From the NCBI GenBank assembly GCA_965661285.1, contig CBFIDD010000001.1:192001-256000 (forward strand): a stretch of 64,000 nt of DNA. Direction: 5' to 3'. Position 1 is the first letter of the stretch, and each line of letters opens with the position of its first letter. The notes beneath the pieces were generated by a model. It searched no databases and was not told where the DNA came from. It worked only from the letters and a program-made list of their open reading frames with translations. A program made the position numbers and the translations under genes. The DNA comes from Poseidonia sp. Its GTDB lineage: Archaea > Thermoplasmatota > Poseidoniia > Poseidoniales > Poseidoniaceae. Shown in pieces: positions 8,416 through 18,900 of this stretch.

Positions 8416-10482
8416 TCAGGCCTCGGCGGGTTCGGCAGCGGATTCAGCCGAGGCTTTGGCCGCTTCGATCTTGGCGTCGTTGGCCTTGATTTGCTCCCAG
8501 ACCAGTTCGGCCACGTCTTTGACTTCCATCTCAGCCCCGATGGCACTGAGGCCGTCGGTGACCATGGTCGAACAGAACGGACAGCCAACGGCCACGGTGT
8601 CGGCACCGGTGGCGGCGAGTTCCTTGGAGCGAATCACGTTCACGCGGTCATAGCCTTCGTCGACGTGCTCTTCCATCCACATCTGGGCGCCTCCAGCCCC
8701 GCAGCAGAAAGAATCGCGCCCGTGGCGCTCAGCCTCAACGTCCACGCCGCCGATGGCGTCGCGAGGCGCATCAAGTTCTCCACCGATACGGCCGAGGTAG
8801 CACGGGTCGTGGAAGGTGACCGAGCCGTCGTGCTTGGGCTCGGGGAGTTTTCCTTCCTGCTGAAGGTGACTGATGAGTTGGGAGTGGTGCATGACCTCAA
8901 TGTCTTCTCCACCGTAGTCTTTGTACTCCTTGCCGAGGGTGTGGAAACAGTGCGGACAGGAGGCAACGACCTTCTTGACGCCAATCTCCTCGAAGGTGGA
9001 CAGGTTGGTTTCTGCGAGCATCTGGAACAGGTACTCGTTTCCTGCACGGCGAGCGGCATCCCCGCTGCAGCCTTCCTGCATGCCCAAAATACCGACGTCA
9101 AGGCCGGCTTCTTTCATGATGCTGATGGTGTCTCGAGCGACCTTCTTGTTGCGCTCGTCAAACGAGGCAGCACAGCCTGCGAAGTAGATGTATTCCGCTG
9201 GCTCCGCCACCTTGACGTCCAGACCTTCCGCCCACTCGCCTCGCTCGTGAGCGGGCAGTCCGTAGGGGTTGGAGTCCGACTCGAGGTTTTCGATGGTGGC
9301 CATGAGCGGCATGACGGTGTCTTCGACGCTCTCGTCAAATTCCATACGCTCCATCATCAGGTGGCGACGAGCGTCGGTGAGTTTGGGAACGTGGTCGATG
9401 TAAATCGGACAGGCTTCGACGCAGGCGTGGCAGGTGGTGCAGGCCCAAATGGCGCCTTCGCCGAAACGAGCGATGATGTCTTCCTCGGGTGTTTCGTCCG
9501 CGAAGATGGTGGTGGCGTGGTCGTTGGCATAGTGGCGAACGTCGTGAATGATCTGCATGGGGTTGAGGTCCTTGCCGCTGGCGTAGGCCGGGCACACGTC
9601 TTGGCAGCGTGCGCATGAAGTGCACGCCCAACCGTCGATGAGGTCTCGCCAGGTGAAGTCGGTGTAGCTCACGGCACCAAAGGATTCGATATCGAGTTCG
9701 TCGAGCAGAACCGCCTTGCCGTCCTCGCCCCGAGCGAGCGGCTCCATGGTCGCCATGGGTCGCAGGTCGTGGAAGAACACGTTCGGGAACGCCATCACGA
9801 GGTGCATGTGCTTCGAAAGCGGGATGAGGAAGAGGAACACGCAGATGGCGAGCATGTGCGCCCAATAGGCAGCGATGATGAGACTGGTGGAAGGCACCAG
9901 CGTGCTGGCCACCCATGCACCGATGGGCTCCCAGGTGGAGGAGACCGTTGATTCACCGGCTTCAACCACGAAGGAGGTGGTGGTGATGGTCATGATGAGC
10001 AACAGAATGACGTTGCCCTCGAGCTGCGATTTGCCCTTGAGTTTCTCTGGCGTAAAGACCACACGACGAATCAGCGCCAGCACGCACCCCACAAAGGCGA
10101 TGGTGTAGCCGACTTCGACCATGAGGTTCCAAGGGCCCCGAACAAGTTCCGGGAGCACTTTTTGGGAGAATTGGTTGCCACTGGCGAGGTCAAACATGTC
10201 GGTGGAGAGCATGAGGAAGCCCCAGAACATGAGGACGTGAATGCCACCGGCGACGCGGTCCTTCAGCACCTTTTTTTGTCCCAACCATCCGCTGAGCACC
10301 TCGGAAATACGAGCGCCCCAGTTGTCGAATCGGTTCTCTGGCTTGCCTTTGAGCACCAAGCGAGAGGCCTTGACCACCTGATAGCCAAAGAAGCCCCCCG
10401 AGACGCCAAACAAAACCAAGAGAATCGCCCAACCGGGAATCGGGCCGTAATCCAAAAACAAGGGGTGTTCCATGTTCCTCAC
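8416..10482 (-). CDS. fadF: Membrane Fe-S oxidoreductase, FadF/HdrDE-like
   Basis: N-terminal NarI-like TM region (HVLMFWGF, SKHMH), two CxxCxxCxxxCP motifs, two CCG domains (CSGD, FHDPCYLGR, CCGAGG). Confidence 0.85.
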   Translation of the reverse strand: MRNMEHPLFLDYGPIPGWAILLVLFGVSGGFFGYQVVKASRLVLKGKPENRFDNWGARISEVLSGWLGQKKVLKDRVAGGIHVLMFWGFLMLSTDMFDLASGNQFSQKVLPELVRGPWNLMVEVGYTIAFVGCVLALIRRVVFTPEKLKGKSQLEGNVILLLIMTITTTSFVVEAGESTVSSTWEPIGAWVASTLVPSTSLIIAAYWAHMLAICVFLFLIPLSKHMHLVMAFPNVFFHDLRPMATMEPLARGEDGKAVLLDELDIESFGAVSYTDFTWRDLIDGWACTSCARCQDVCPAYASGKDLNPMQIIHDVRHYANDHATTIFADETPEEDIIARFGEGAIWACTTCHACVEACPIYIDHVPKLTDARRHLMMERMEFDESVEDTVMPLMATIENLESDSNPYGLPAHERGEWAEGLDVKVAEPAEYIYFAGCAASFDERNKKVARDTISIMKEAGLDVGILGMQEGCSGDAARRAGNEYLFQMLAETNLSTFEEIGVKKVVASCPHCFHTLGKEYKDYGGEDIEVMHHSQLISHLQQEGKLPEPKHDGSVTFHDPCYLGRIGGELDAPRDAIGGVDVEAERHGRDSFCCGAGGAQMWMEEHVDEGYDRVNVIRSKELAATGADTVAVGCPFCSTMVTDGLSAIGAEMEVKDVAELVWEQIKANDAKIEAAKASAESAAEPAEA

Positions 10483-10605
10483 CGTTAACGCTTGAACGCG
10501 CCTATCTGTCCCAGTTCAACACGCACTTTCAATGCACCGTCAAAAGAACAACGAAATCGTGCACTGCGCAACAAGGAATATGAAGCCGGACCTTGTGTCG
10601 GGAGC

Positions 10606-11595
10606 ATGGGTGAAGCAAGCGCATCAACGGTTGCGAGCGCCCCGGGAAAATGCATTCTCTTCGGCGAACATGCCGTGGTGTACGGCCAGCCCGCCGTTGC
10701 GGTGGCCATCGAACAACGGCTGACGGTTACCCTGTCCCCCGCAGCATCGTGGAGTGTTGACGGCAGCCCGCTCAACGAGAAAAAGCACCCGCACATCATC
10801 ATGCTGAGAAAGGCCTTGCTCGATGAATCCAGCCCCATGGCGATTCACGTTTCCGGCGATATCCCCAACGCATCGGGACTTGGTTCCAGTGCGGCGTTAA
10901 GCGCAGCGGTGGGCGCCGCCATGCATTGGGCTGCCGGCAAGGAGGCACCCCTTGACAAGGACCGTTTGAGTTCCCTCGCCCATTTGGCCGAGGCCCACGC
11001 GCAGAACGGCCGAGCGTCGCCGATGGATGCGTCCACCAGCGTTGAGGGCGGTCTTGTCATCCTCTCCAATGAACAAGAGGACAGAGGAGAGTGGCTCTAC
11101 ACCCGCCGCCTTGAGACGCCGGAAGGCGAGCGAAGATGGGAGGTGCACGCCTTGCCTACTCCGAAGGATGATATCTTCCTCGTTTTGGGCAATACCGGCG
11201 TTCACGCACCCACCTCACGGCAAGTGGCCATGGTGGCTCAGACCTTGGCAGCTGAACCCGAGCGGATGGTGGAGATCGAAGCCATCGGCACCGTTGCTCG
11301 CCGGGGCATTGCGGCGCTGATCAAAGGCGATTATCAAGCGGTTGGACACGCCATGAGCGAAAACCATCTCTTGCTGCGAAACCTCGGTGTTTCATCACCC
11401 GAACTGGAGCATCTGATTCAGGCGGCAGCCCCCACATCCTTGGGCGTCAAGTTGACCGGTGCGGGCGGTGGAGGGTGCATGGTGGCGCTGACCCGAGATC
11501 CAAAAACCACGGGCGAAGCGATTGAACTGGCCGGCGGCAGGGTGCTCATCTCAAGACTCGGTAACCCTGGCGTCCGCATCGACAGCCGGATGTGA
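10606..11595 (+). CDS. mvk: Mevalonate kinase
   Basis: SAPGKCILFGEHAVVYG, GHMP motif PNASGLGSSAA, KLTGAGGGG. Confidence 0.9.
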   Translation: MGEASASTVASAPGKCILFGEHAVVYGQPAVAVAIEQRLTVTLSPAASWSVDGSPLNEKKHPHIIMLRKALLDESSPMAIHVSGDIPNASGLGSSAALSAAVGAAMHWAAGKEAPLDKDRLSSLAHLAEAHAQNGRASPMDASTSVEGGLVILSNEQEDRGEWLYTRRLETPEGERRWEVHALPTPKDDIFLVLGNTGVHAPTSRQVAMVAQTLAAEPERMVEIEAIGTVARRGIAALIKGDYQAVGHAMSENHLLLRNLGVSSPELEHLIQAAAPTSLGVKLTGAGGGGCMVALTRDPKTTGEAIELAGGRVLISRLGNPGVRIDSRM

Positions 11596-11624
11596 CCAAT
11601 GCGCAGGTTCACCATGGCTTGGTG

Positions 11625-11643
11625 CCGAAATTCCTTTTATATA
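11625..11643 (+). promoter_or_regulatory. BRE-like element plus TATA box of tbp
   Basis: CCGAAA followed by TTTATATA starting at 11636, 30 nt before ATG 11666. Confidence 0.7.
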
Positions 11644-11665
11644 CTAAAGGTCATTGGGCCTTTAT

Positions 11666-12280
11666 ATGACCACTGATGAAGAACGCCTAACCGTTGTGAA
11701 CGTCGTCGCCAGCACACGTGTTGCCGAAGAACTCGACCTCCCCGATATCGCCATTCAATTGAACTGCGAATACGAGCCAGAACAGTTCCCCGGTGTGGTC
11801 TACCGCGTCACCGAACCCAAACTCGCCATCCTCATGTTCCGCTCCGGCCGTGCTGTCTGCACCGGCGGTAAGGACGAAGACAACATCCACACCGGTATCG
11901 ACCGCATGATCAAGGATTTGCGAGCCGCTGGAATCGAGACGTGGGACCTGAAGGACGTCACCATCGAAGTCCAGAACATGGTCGCCACCTACGCCCTCCA
12001 TTACCCCGAGGACTACGACGGCGTGGACAAGTTCACCGGTGAGCCCCAAGCCGGCGTCCCTCGCAAACTCAACCTCAACCACTTGACCTTCCACCTTCCC
12101 TTTGACAAAGTGGAATACGAGCCCGAGCAGTTCCCCGGTCTCATCTATCGACTTGATGACCCCAAGGTCGTCTGCCTAATCTTCGGCTCCGGAAAGATGG
12201 TCATCACCGGGGCTCGACACAAGGACGAGATTCTCGAAGCCGTTGAGATCATCAAGGACGAATTGGCCGACCTGCTCTGA
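11666..12280 (+). CDS. tbp: TATA-box binding protein
   Basis: Two TBP repeats: VNVVAS...YEPEQFPGVVYR...FRSGRAVCTG and QNMVAT...YEPEQFPGLIYR...FGSGKMVITGA. Confidence 0.97.
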   Translation: MTTDEERLTVVNVVASTRVAEELDLPDIAIQLNCEYEPEQFPGVVYRVTEPKLAILMFRSGRAVCTGGKDEDNIHTGIDRMIKDLRAAGIETWDLKDVTIEVQNMVATYALHYPEDYDGVDKFTGEPQAGVPRKLNLNHLTFHLPFDKVEYEPEQFPGLIYRLDDPKVVCLIFGSGKMVITGARHKDEILEAVEIIKDELADLL

Positions 12281-12345
12281 GCACACGATTCAGCCATGGT
12301 GCTGGAGGAGAAGTCTTGATGTCCTCCCGCGCCCGTGCTCCGGGC

Positions 12346-15300
12346 ATGGGGGAGGTTCGCTACAGCAGCACCGTCCCCGTGGCCTTGGTGTTGCTTCTGT
12401 TGTTGAGCATGGTGCCACAGGTTCACCATGAACACCTGACTGAGAACCATATTCAGCATTCCATCGCCGGCGACCCGGGCGTTTCCGATGTTCCCACATG
12501 GCGAATTGGCGACCGTTGGATTTACGCCGGTACCTTCGACCCCACGGTGCTCGTAACGGATACAGGTGTTGACGCCACCGTTGGTGAAATACAAGGCGAC
12601 ACCACCTCTGAGGTCACCGGCATCACGACCCAAAACGTGGACAACATGTCGGTCCTGGCCTACACGCTTCGGACATCGGCAAATTTCGACAAGTCCGGCG
12701 TTTCGCTCGAGGGATATTCGGGCAACGTCTACATCCAATTCACCCAAACAGAATACCTGCGCGTCAGCGACCTCGCGCCCATCCGAAGCGAACTTGACAT
12801 GTACATTCGCTTTGTCCCGAGCGGCATTTCCTTCCTCGAACAAATTCTTGGCGACATCACCATCACGACGACGTATTCACCCGTCAATGAAAACTACGAT
12901 TTCCCGCTTCGTGCGGACGAGCGATGGACCACCACGACCACGTCCTCTTCGCAGTGGTCGGGGCAAAGCGACTACATCACACCGTTCCCCGCACCTGAAA
13001 CCGATACCAACACCACCACATGGGTGGTGAGCGACGTCGGCAAGCCCACCAACGATCTCGGGCAAACCATCGACTACGGAGGGTGCAACGAATCCTACGA
13101 AATGACCTCATTCAACAGCGACGGTGTCTCGGAAGGTTACCGCTGGTACTGCCCTGAAGTTCGCAATTATGCTTGGCTCCACACCGCCGACGACATCGGT
13201 TTGGTCATCGATTTCAAACTCAAGCGCTACGACCCTGTCGGTGCGACGGGCGTGGAGTCCTACACGAATCCGGGTTCCCGTGCGGATTGCCTTGAGGTGG
13301 TGACCGAGCGGTCCATCACTGCACTCAACACCCCGATGCAGGTTTGGGTCAACGCCTCTTCGTCTTGCTTCAGCAACCCGGCGGGTGTGCAACTTGAACT
13401 GCACCACGAAGTGGAAGGGTTTGTGACCGCCCTCACCACGGCGGCCAACGGAAGTGCATGGGCGCTGGTTGACATCGGCGACGCCTTGGATTCCTCTGCC
13501 ACACAACTCGATTATGCGAGCAACGGATTGGTCGCAAAATCCGGTAACAAGGTCGGTGCAGCGACCGTCACCCTCGACCAATATCTCGTTGGTTTGGATG
13601 TTTTTGCAGATGAGGGCGCTGCGGTCATCTTGCGTGAGCGCTGTATCGGTAATGTTTGCACCATCACGCAGCTCAATGCCCTTTCCGGATTCAATGTCTT
13701 GCCCGGCGATAAACTCGACATCGAGGTGGCCTTCAACAACCGTGGCATCACCACCTCCACCGCCACAAGTGCTCAGTTGACCATGCCCGACGGCGTGGCC
13801 ATCACCGAAGAGCTCCCCGCTTTGCAAACCTATCAGGCGCACAAAATGTTCCAACTTTGGGAGGTCCCGCAGAATACGAGCATCGGTTCGCTCCAAATTG
13901 AGTGGGAGGCCGATATTGGGCGGCTCAACACGGCGGATGCCGACTTCCAAAACAACATCGGGACCGTCGAATTGTTCGTAGGGCGGCTGCCCACCCCCGT
14001 CGCTGTCGAACCGGTTGGATTGACCCAAGAGACCATCCTTATCGACGCCAGCGAAAGTTTCGATGAGGACGGCGGCAACGTATCGTGCGAATTTTATGTC
14101 CCCTTCGACGACGGCACCCGCACGTGGGACTTCCAACGAATCCCCTCGCCGTCGTGCATGCTGAACTACACGTGGATTGACGACGGTGTTTACCCGATTG
14201 AAATCACCGTCGAGGACGAGGAGCGTGATGAAACGGTCATGGTGCTCAACGTGACGGTTGAAAACCGCGACCCGAAGATCGAGGTGCGAAGTCAACGAAC
14301 CGAGGCCAAAGTCGAATACCCCATCACGCTCTACGCCTACGCCAACGATTCGGACTCTGAAAAGGTGTGGCCGGGCGTGGTCGACATTTACTGGCCCGGA
14401 GCCAACTGTGATGAGGGCTACTACACGCGTGTGTGCACGACCACCTCAACCACCGAAGGCTGGAAAACCTTCACAGCGGTTGGCACCGACGACGACGGGG
14501 CCGTCGCTTCAGCGACCTTTGATGTGAAATTCACCAACATTCGACCGCACAGTTTGAACGTCCAAATGGTGGGCGAGGAGGGGGCCATCGCCATGGACAC
14601 TCAGGACACTTGGCACGTGGATGAAGATCAGACGGTCACGGTGAAAGGCCAAGCCCAAGACTCCGTTGACGACATCGACGGATTGACCCACACGTGGTGG
14701 CCCGATGACGCCCAACCCTCCCTCGTTCGGGTTTTTGACGGACGCACCTCCGAGTACGAGATGGTTTGGCTTGAGGCCGGTCTGCACAAGATGCGCCTCG
14801 AAGTGACGGATTCCGAAGGCGCCTCGAGCGGGATTGAAGAACGCTGGGTCAGCGTTCAGAATGTAGCCCCAACCATCGAGGCCATCGCTCCCGTCCTCCC
14901 CGTTGCTGAAGGCCAAAGCATCAGCGTGTCCGGGTCGGCCTCCGATACGCCCTCCGACGTGGACGGTTTAGTCCGATGCTGGGATGTTGACCCGAGCATG
15001 GATTCCGATGATTTTGGCAGCGCTGATGATGACTGCGACGTCATCGGCGATAACTTGACCGTCTCGTGGAACCGGAGCGGCGTCCACAAACTCGTCTACC
15101 ACGTGACCGACGACGACGGTGCACACACAAGCGAAGTCTTGGAGGTGCTCGTGCTCAACACACCCCCCATCGTGCGTACCGCACCCTTTTCCTGCACCGC
15201 CTACCAAGCCTGTCTTCTCGATGCCAGCAGCACGCTTGATGCGCTCAACGACGTCAACGACCTCACGGTGGCGTGGGACATCGACATCACCGACGATAGC

Positions 15301-15849
15301 AACGAGGACGGTATACCCGACAACGATGCCGACCTCATCGGAAAAACGGTTACGTACACGTTCAAAAAAGACGGCCTCCAATCGGTGAAGGTCATGGCGT
15401 GGGACGAAGACCCCGAACGCCCGGGGACCAAGGTCGTCACCTTTGCCGTGCTCCCCGCCGACCGCACCCCGATTGAGAACCTCGGAGCCGCACTGGTGGG
15501 TGAAGAAGCCAACCCGGTGACACAACTCGGCCTTCTGGTGCTGATGTTGTTACTCGTGGTCCTGTTCGCTCGTCGACGCAACCGTGTCGAGCAGAACCAA
15601 CACGGTTGGGACGAGGTTTCCAACGCCTTGGCTGGCCATATGTTTGACGACCGCGACCAACGCTTGAGCCAAAAACGACCGGAGGGGCCTCCACCTGATT
15701 ATCTGTTCCAGCAGGCCATGCAAGCCGCCCCTCCCAGCGGTGCAGCCACCCAACGGGGACCGCCGCTCCCCGAGACCGGTCTTCCGGAGGGTTGGACCAT
15801 GGAACAATGGGAACACTATGGGCAACAATGGCTTGATTCACAAGGTTGA
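12346..15849 (+). CDS. Large cell-surface protein with CARDB and PKD/Ig-like repeats, TM anchor and GWTMEQW tail
   Basis: Signal-like N-terminus; DASESFDEDG and repeated TDDDG/NxPP motifs; TM helix followed by RRR; C-terminal GPPLPETGLPEGWTMEQWEHYGQQWL. Start at ATG 12346 is supported by a -30 box. Confidence 0.82.
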   Translation: MGEVRYSSTVPVALVLLLLLSMVPQVHHEHLTENHIQHSIAGDPGVSDVPTWRIGDRWIYAGTFDPTVLVTDTGVDATVGEIQGDTTSEVTGITTQNVDNMSVLAYTLRTSANFDKSGVSLEGYSGNVYIQFTQTEYLRVSDLAPIRSELDMYIRFVPSGISFLEQILGDITITTTYSPVNENYDFPLRADERWTTTTTSSSQWSGQSDYITPFPAPETDTNTTTWVVSDVGKPTNDLGQTIDYGGCNESYEMTSFNSDGVSEGYRWYCPEVRNYAWLHTADDIGLVIDFKLKRYDPVGATGVESYTNPGSRADCLEVVTERSITALNTPMQVWVNASSSCFSNPAGVQLELHHEVEGFVTALTTAANGSAWALVDIGDALDSSATQLDYASNGLVAKSGNKVGAATVTLDQYLVGLDVFADEGAAVILRERCIGNVCTITQLNALSGFNVLPGDKLDIEVAFNNRGITTSTATSAQLTMPDGVAITEELPALQTYQAHKMFQLWEVPQNTSIGSLQIEWEADIGRLNTADADFQNNIGTVELFVGRLPTPVAVEPVGLTQETILIDASESFDEDGGNVSCEFYVPFDDGTRTWDFQRIPSPSCMLNYTWIDDGVYPIEITVEDEERDETVMVLNVTVENRDPKIEVRSQRTEAKVEYPITLYAYANDSDSEKVWPGVVDIYWPGANCDEGYYTRVCTTTSTTEGWKTFTAVGTDDDGAVASATFDVKFTNIRPHSLNVQMVGEEGAIAMDTQDTWHVDEDQTVTVKGQAQDSVDDIDGLTHTWWPDDAQPSLVRVFDGRTSEYEMVWLEAGLHKMRLEVTDSEGASSGIEERWVSVQNVAPTIEAIAPVLPVAEGQSISVSGSASDTPSDVDGLVRCWDVDPSMDSDDFGSADDDCDVIGDNLTVSWNRSGVHKLVYHVTDDDGAHTSEVLEVLVLNTPPIVRTAPFSCTAYQACLLDASSTLDALNDVNDLTVAWDIDITDDSNEDGIPDNDADLIGKTVTYTFKKDGLQSVKVMAWDEDPERPGTKVVTFAVLPADRTPIENLGAALVGEEANPVTQLGLLVLMLLLVVLFARRRNRVEQNQHGWDEVSNALAGHMFDDRDQRLSQKRPEGPPPDYLFQQAMQAAPPSGAATQRGPPLPETGLPEGWTMEQWEHYGQQWLDSQG

Positions 15850-15901
15850 ATTCGTAGCAGAAAGGACATCCTCTTTTGTATCAGAACCGCAACCTGCATC
15901 C

Positions 15902-18900
15902 ATGTTGGGACGTGCTTGTCAAGCCGCTTTCCTCGTTGCCCTCTTCCTTCTTTCCACGGGCCTGGCCGTCGTGGAATCGTCCATACTACAGGACCGTTCA
16001 CTTGGACAACAGCACTCGCAAGGCACCAACAGCGTGGTTGATGTCCCAACCTATCGAGTCGGCGATGAATGGGTCTACGAGACCAAGTTCGATGTCGCCC
16101 AGTTGCTTGCACAAGCCAATGTCTCTGCATCGCTCAACACGCTGACCGGGGACACGGTCAACGAGGTCACGGACATCTTCTACGCCACCGACAACAACGG
16201 CGATACCGTTCTTGCCTACGAAGTGGAGATCAGTGGAAGTTTCACGTCGGGCATCAGCGGCGCCACCCTTGAAGGCGTCACCGGGCGACTGAACATTGAT
16301 TACGACGGCATTGACGTGCTTAGAGCCCGAGATTTGGCCACCATCACCAGCGATTTCACCCTCGACGTTCGCTTTCGTCCATTCAACCTCGGGTTCCTCG
16401 AGCAAACCCTCGGCATTGTGACCTTTGATAACACCTACACGCCGGCCAAAGAGCGCCATGACTTCCCGCTTCGAACCGGCGACCAATGGTACATGGAATT
16501 CGAAGCCGAAACGGCCGTCAGCGGGACCTCGGACTATTTTGACCCGAGTGAGTTTGATTCCCAAGAAGATGAAAACAATTCATGGCAAGTCGTCAAAAAC
16601 GAGGCCCCGAGCGAGGATGGGGTCTCCCCTCAATATACGGGATGCGATGATTCGTACAAGATTTCAGAATGGAACGCTACGGGCGTTAATCTGGGATTCA
16701 ACTGGTACTGTCCGGCGGTTCGTGGAAGCGTCTGGAACCGCATCGTTAACCCTGCAGGATTCACCATCGATTGGCTGTTGAAGACCTACACCCCCACCGA
16801 TTCAAACAGCGTCGTCCCTTCATCGTCGCCCGGTGGCCGCAACACCCAGATCCAGGTCAGCACCGCCACCACCGCCACACTTCCAGACGCCGTTGAGCAG
16901 ATTTCCATTGCCTACAGCGTCGCAGGGAATCCGAGTATTCCACTCAAAAACACCAATTTGCAACTGCGATACGAAATTGCAGACACCATCATCAATCCGA
17001 CCACCGACAACAACGGACAAGCACAGGTCTCGCTCAACGTTTCTGACGAGGTGGACGACACACCCGCAAGCGACGACTACACGAGCAACGGTGTCGTGGT
17101 GTACGACCCCGTTGGTGATGTGGTGGGTGCCACCACCGTGGTCCAGGATTTGAGCGTCGTTGGTATTGACCTCATCGCACAGGCCAGCTCTGTTATCGTG
17201 GAGCGCACCCGAAACGGCGACACCACAACGCTGAGCGCCTCCATTGGGTACAATGCTCTCCCGGGCGATGTCCTCAGTTTCTCCTTGCCCGCTCAAAACC
17301 GAGGTGTTCTTTCTGCACCCTCCACCTTTATGGAAATCGAGACACCTGACGGTCCGGTCTCACGAAGTGCCCTTCCGTCCATCGCACCGTACGCAGAAGA
17401 ACGCATCGAAGTGGACTGGGCCGTGCCCGCCGACATGCAAATTGGAACGGCCCAACTGATGTTCACGGTCGACCCGGATGAAAACGTCACGGCTGACGCC
17501 AACCGTAGCAATAACGATGCATCCATCTCCGTCTTTATCGGTCGAGCGCCCAATGCTTCGCTCGTGGTGGATGAAGGAAAATACACGTTCGAAAACATCA
17601 CACTCAACGCCACGCAGAGTTTTGATATTGACGGAGGCGATGTGGATTGTCGCTTCGAAATCGAGTCCAGAGCCGGCCTCATCGACGTCATTGAAGCGCC
17701 CGATTGTTGGACCCAGTGGAATTGGTCCAACAGCGGTTCGTGGAGCGTCAAGGTGCTCGTCATCGACGAAGAGTTGGATACCGATGAGATGGTTGTTGAC
17801 GTCGTGGTGTTGAACCGTGCGCCGAGTTTCAACCTCACCCACCCCGCATCTGTTGAGGTTGAAGCACAAATCTCTGTCCAAGCCATCGACATCGTGGACA
17901 TTGATACATCATCGCCATCCGGACAACAGGTGAGCATCTCATGGCCGGGCCTCGAATGTGACGAAGGACTCACGCAACCCACCTGCACGTTCACGCCAAT
18001 GTTTGAGGGCACGCTCAACATCACGGCCATCGCTACGGACGACGACGGAGAAACCACGACCCTCACCAGCCAAGTGATGGTGCTGAATGTCCCTCCGACC
18101 CTCTCCCCACCCACGCTGTTCAAGGGTGGCGAGGAAGTCTTGCCCGACGAGAACGGCACGTGGCATCTGAACGAGGATGAGGTGGCGCTGCTCAGGGCCA
18201 CAGCGAGCGACACCGCCAACGATGAAGGCACCGTCATTATCGAATGGCACCCCTCTCTGGAGGATGAAAACTGGACCGTTTCCAGCATCGGCGTCAGTTC
18301 CTCAGAAGCCGTTTCATGGAACACTTCGGGCATGCACACCGTTCAGGTTCGAGCGATTGACGCCGACGGTGCGTCCTCCGAAGTTCAACAGGCCAAGGTC
18401 ATGATCCACAACGTACCGCCAAGCGTCACGGGTCTGCCAGGAAACACGCCGGTGTTTGAAAACGACCTGCTCAACTTGACCGTCGTTGCTTCGGACACAG
18501 CCTCCGACATCGCAGACCTCGAGGTGTGTTGGGATTTGGATGCCAGCCTTGACCTCGATGGAGACGGCACGGGCGATAATGACTGTGAGCTCACGGGAAC
18601 GAACATCGAGCCGTCTTGGACCACGCGTGGCGTGCGGATGATCACGGTAACCGTCACCGACGACGACGGTGCAATGGCTCAGCAAACCATGAACGTGAGC
18701 GTGCTGAACCTCCCCCCAACGGCAGTCATATCCGAAATCACCGTACTTGACGACCTCATCGAAGGCGACAATCTCACCCTTTCAGGAGCCGACTCGGTGG
18801 AAACCGAGAGCGATAAGGAAAACCTGGTGTACGAGTGGGACGCCTCCTACCTCGACACGGACCTCGACGGCGAAAAGGTCGGCGATGTGGACTTCACAGG

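Noticed and set aside
9427-9441. CTTCH in FadF as a possible heme c (CxxCH) substrate for the Ccm system
   Set aside because: It is part of the ferredoxin motif CxxCxxCxxxCP in a cytoplasmic domain.
8353-9618. 421-aa plus-strand ORF
   Set aside because: Antisense shadow of fadF caused by GC-rich codon bias; no motifs.
15740-15901. N-terminal extension of the second PKD ORF overlapping the first gene's tail
   Set aside because: Signal peptide begins at ATG 15902; the extension is an incidental open frame.
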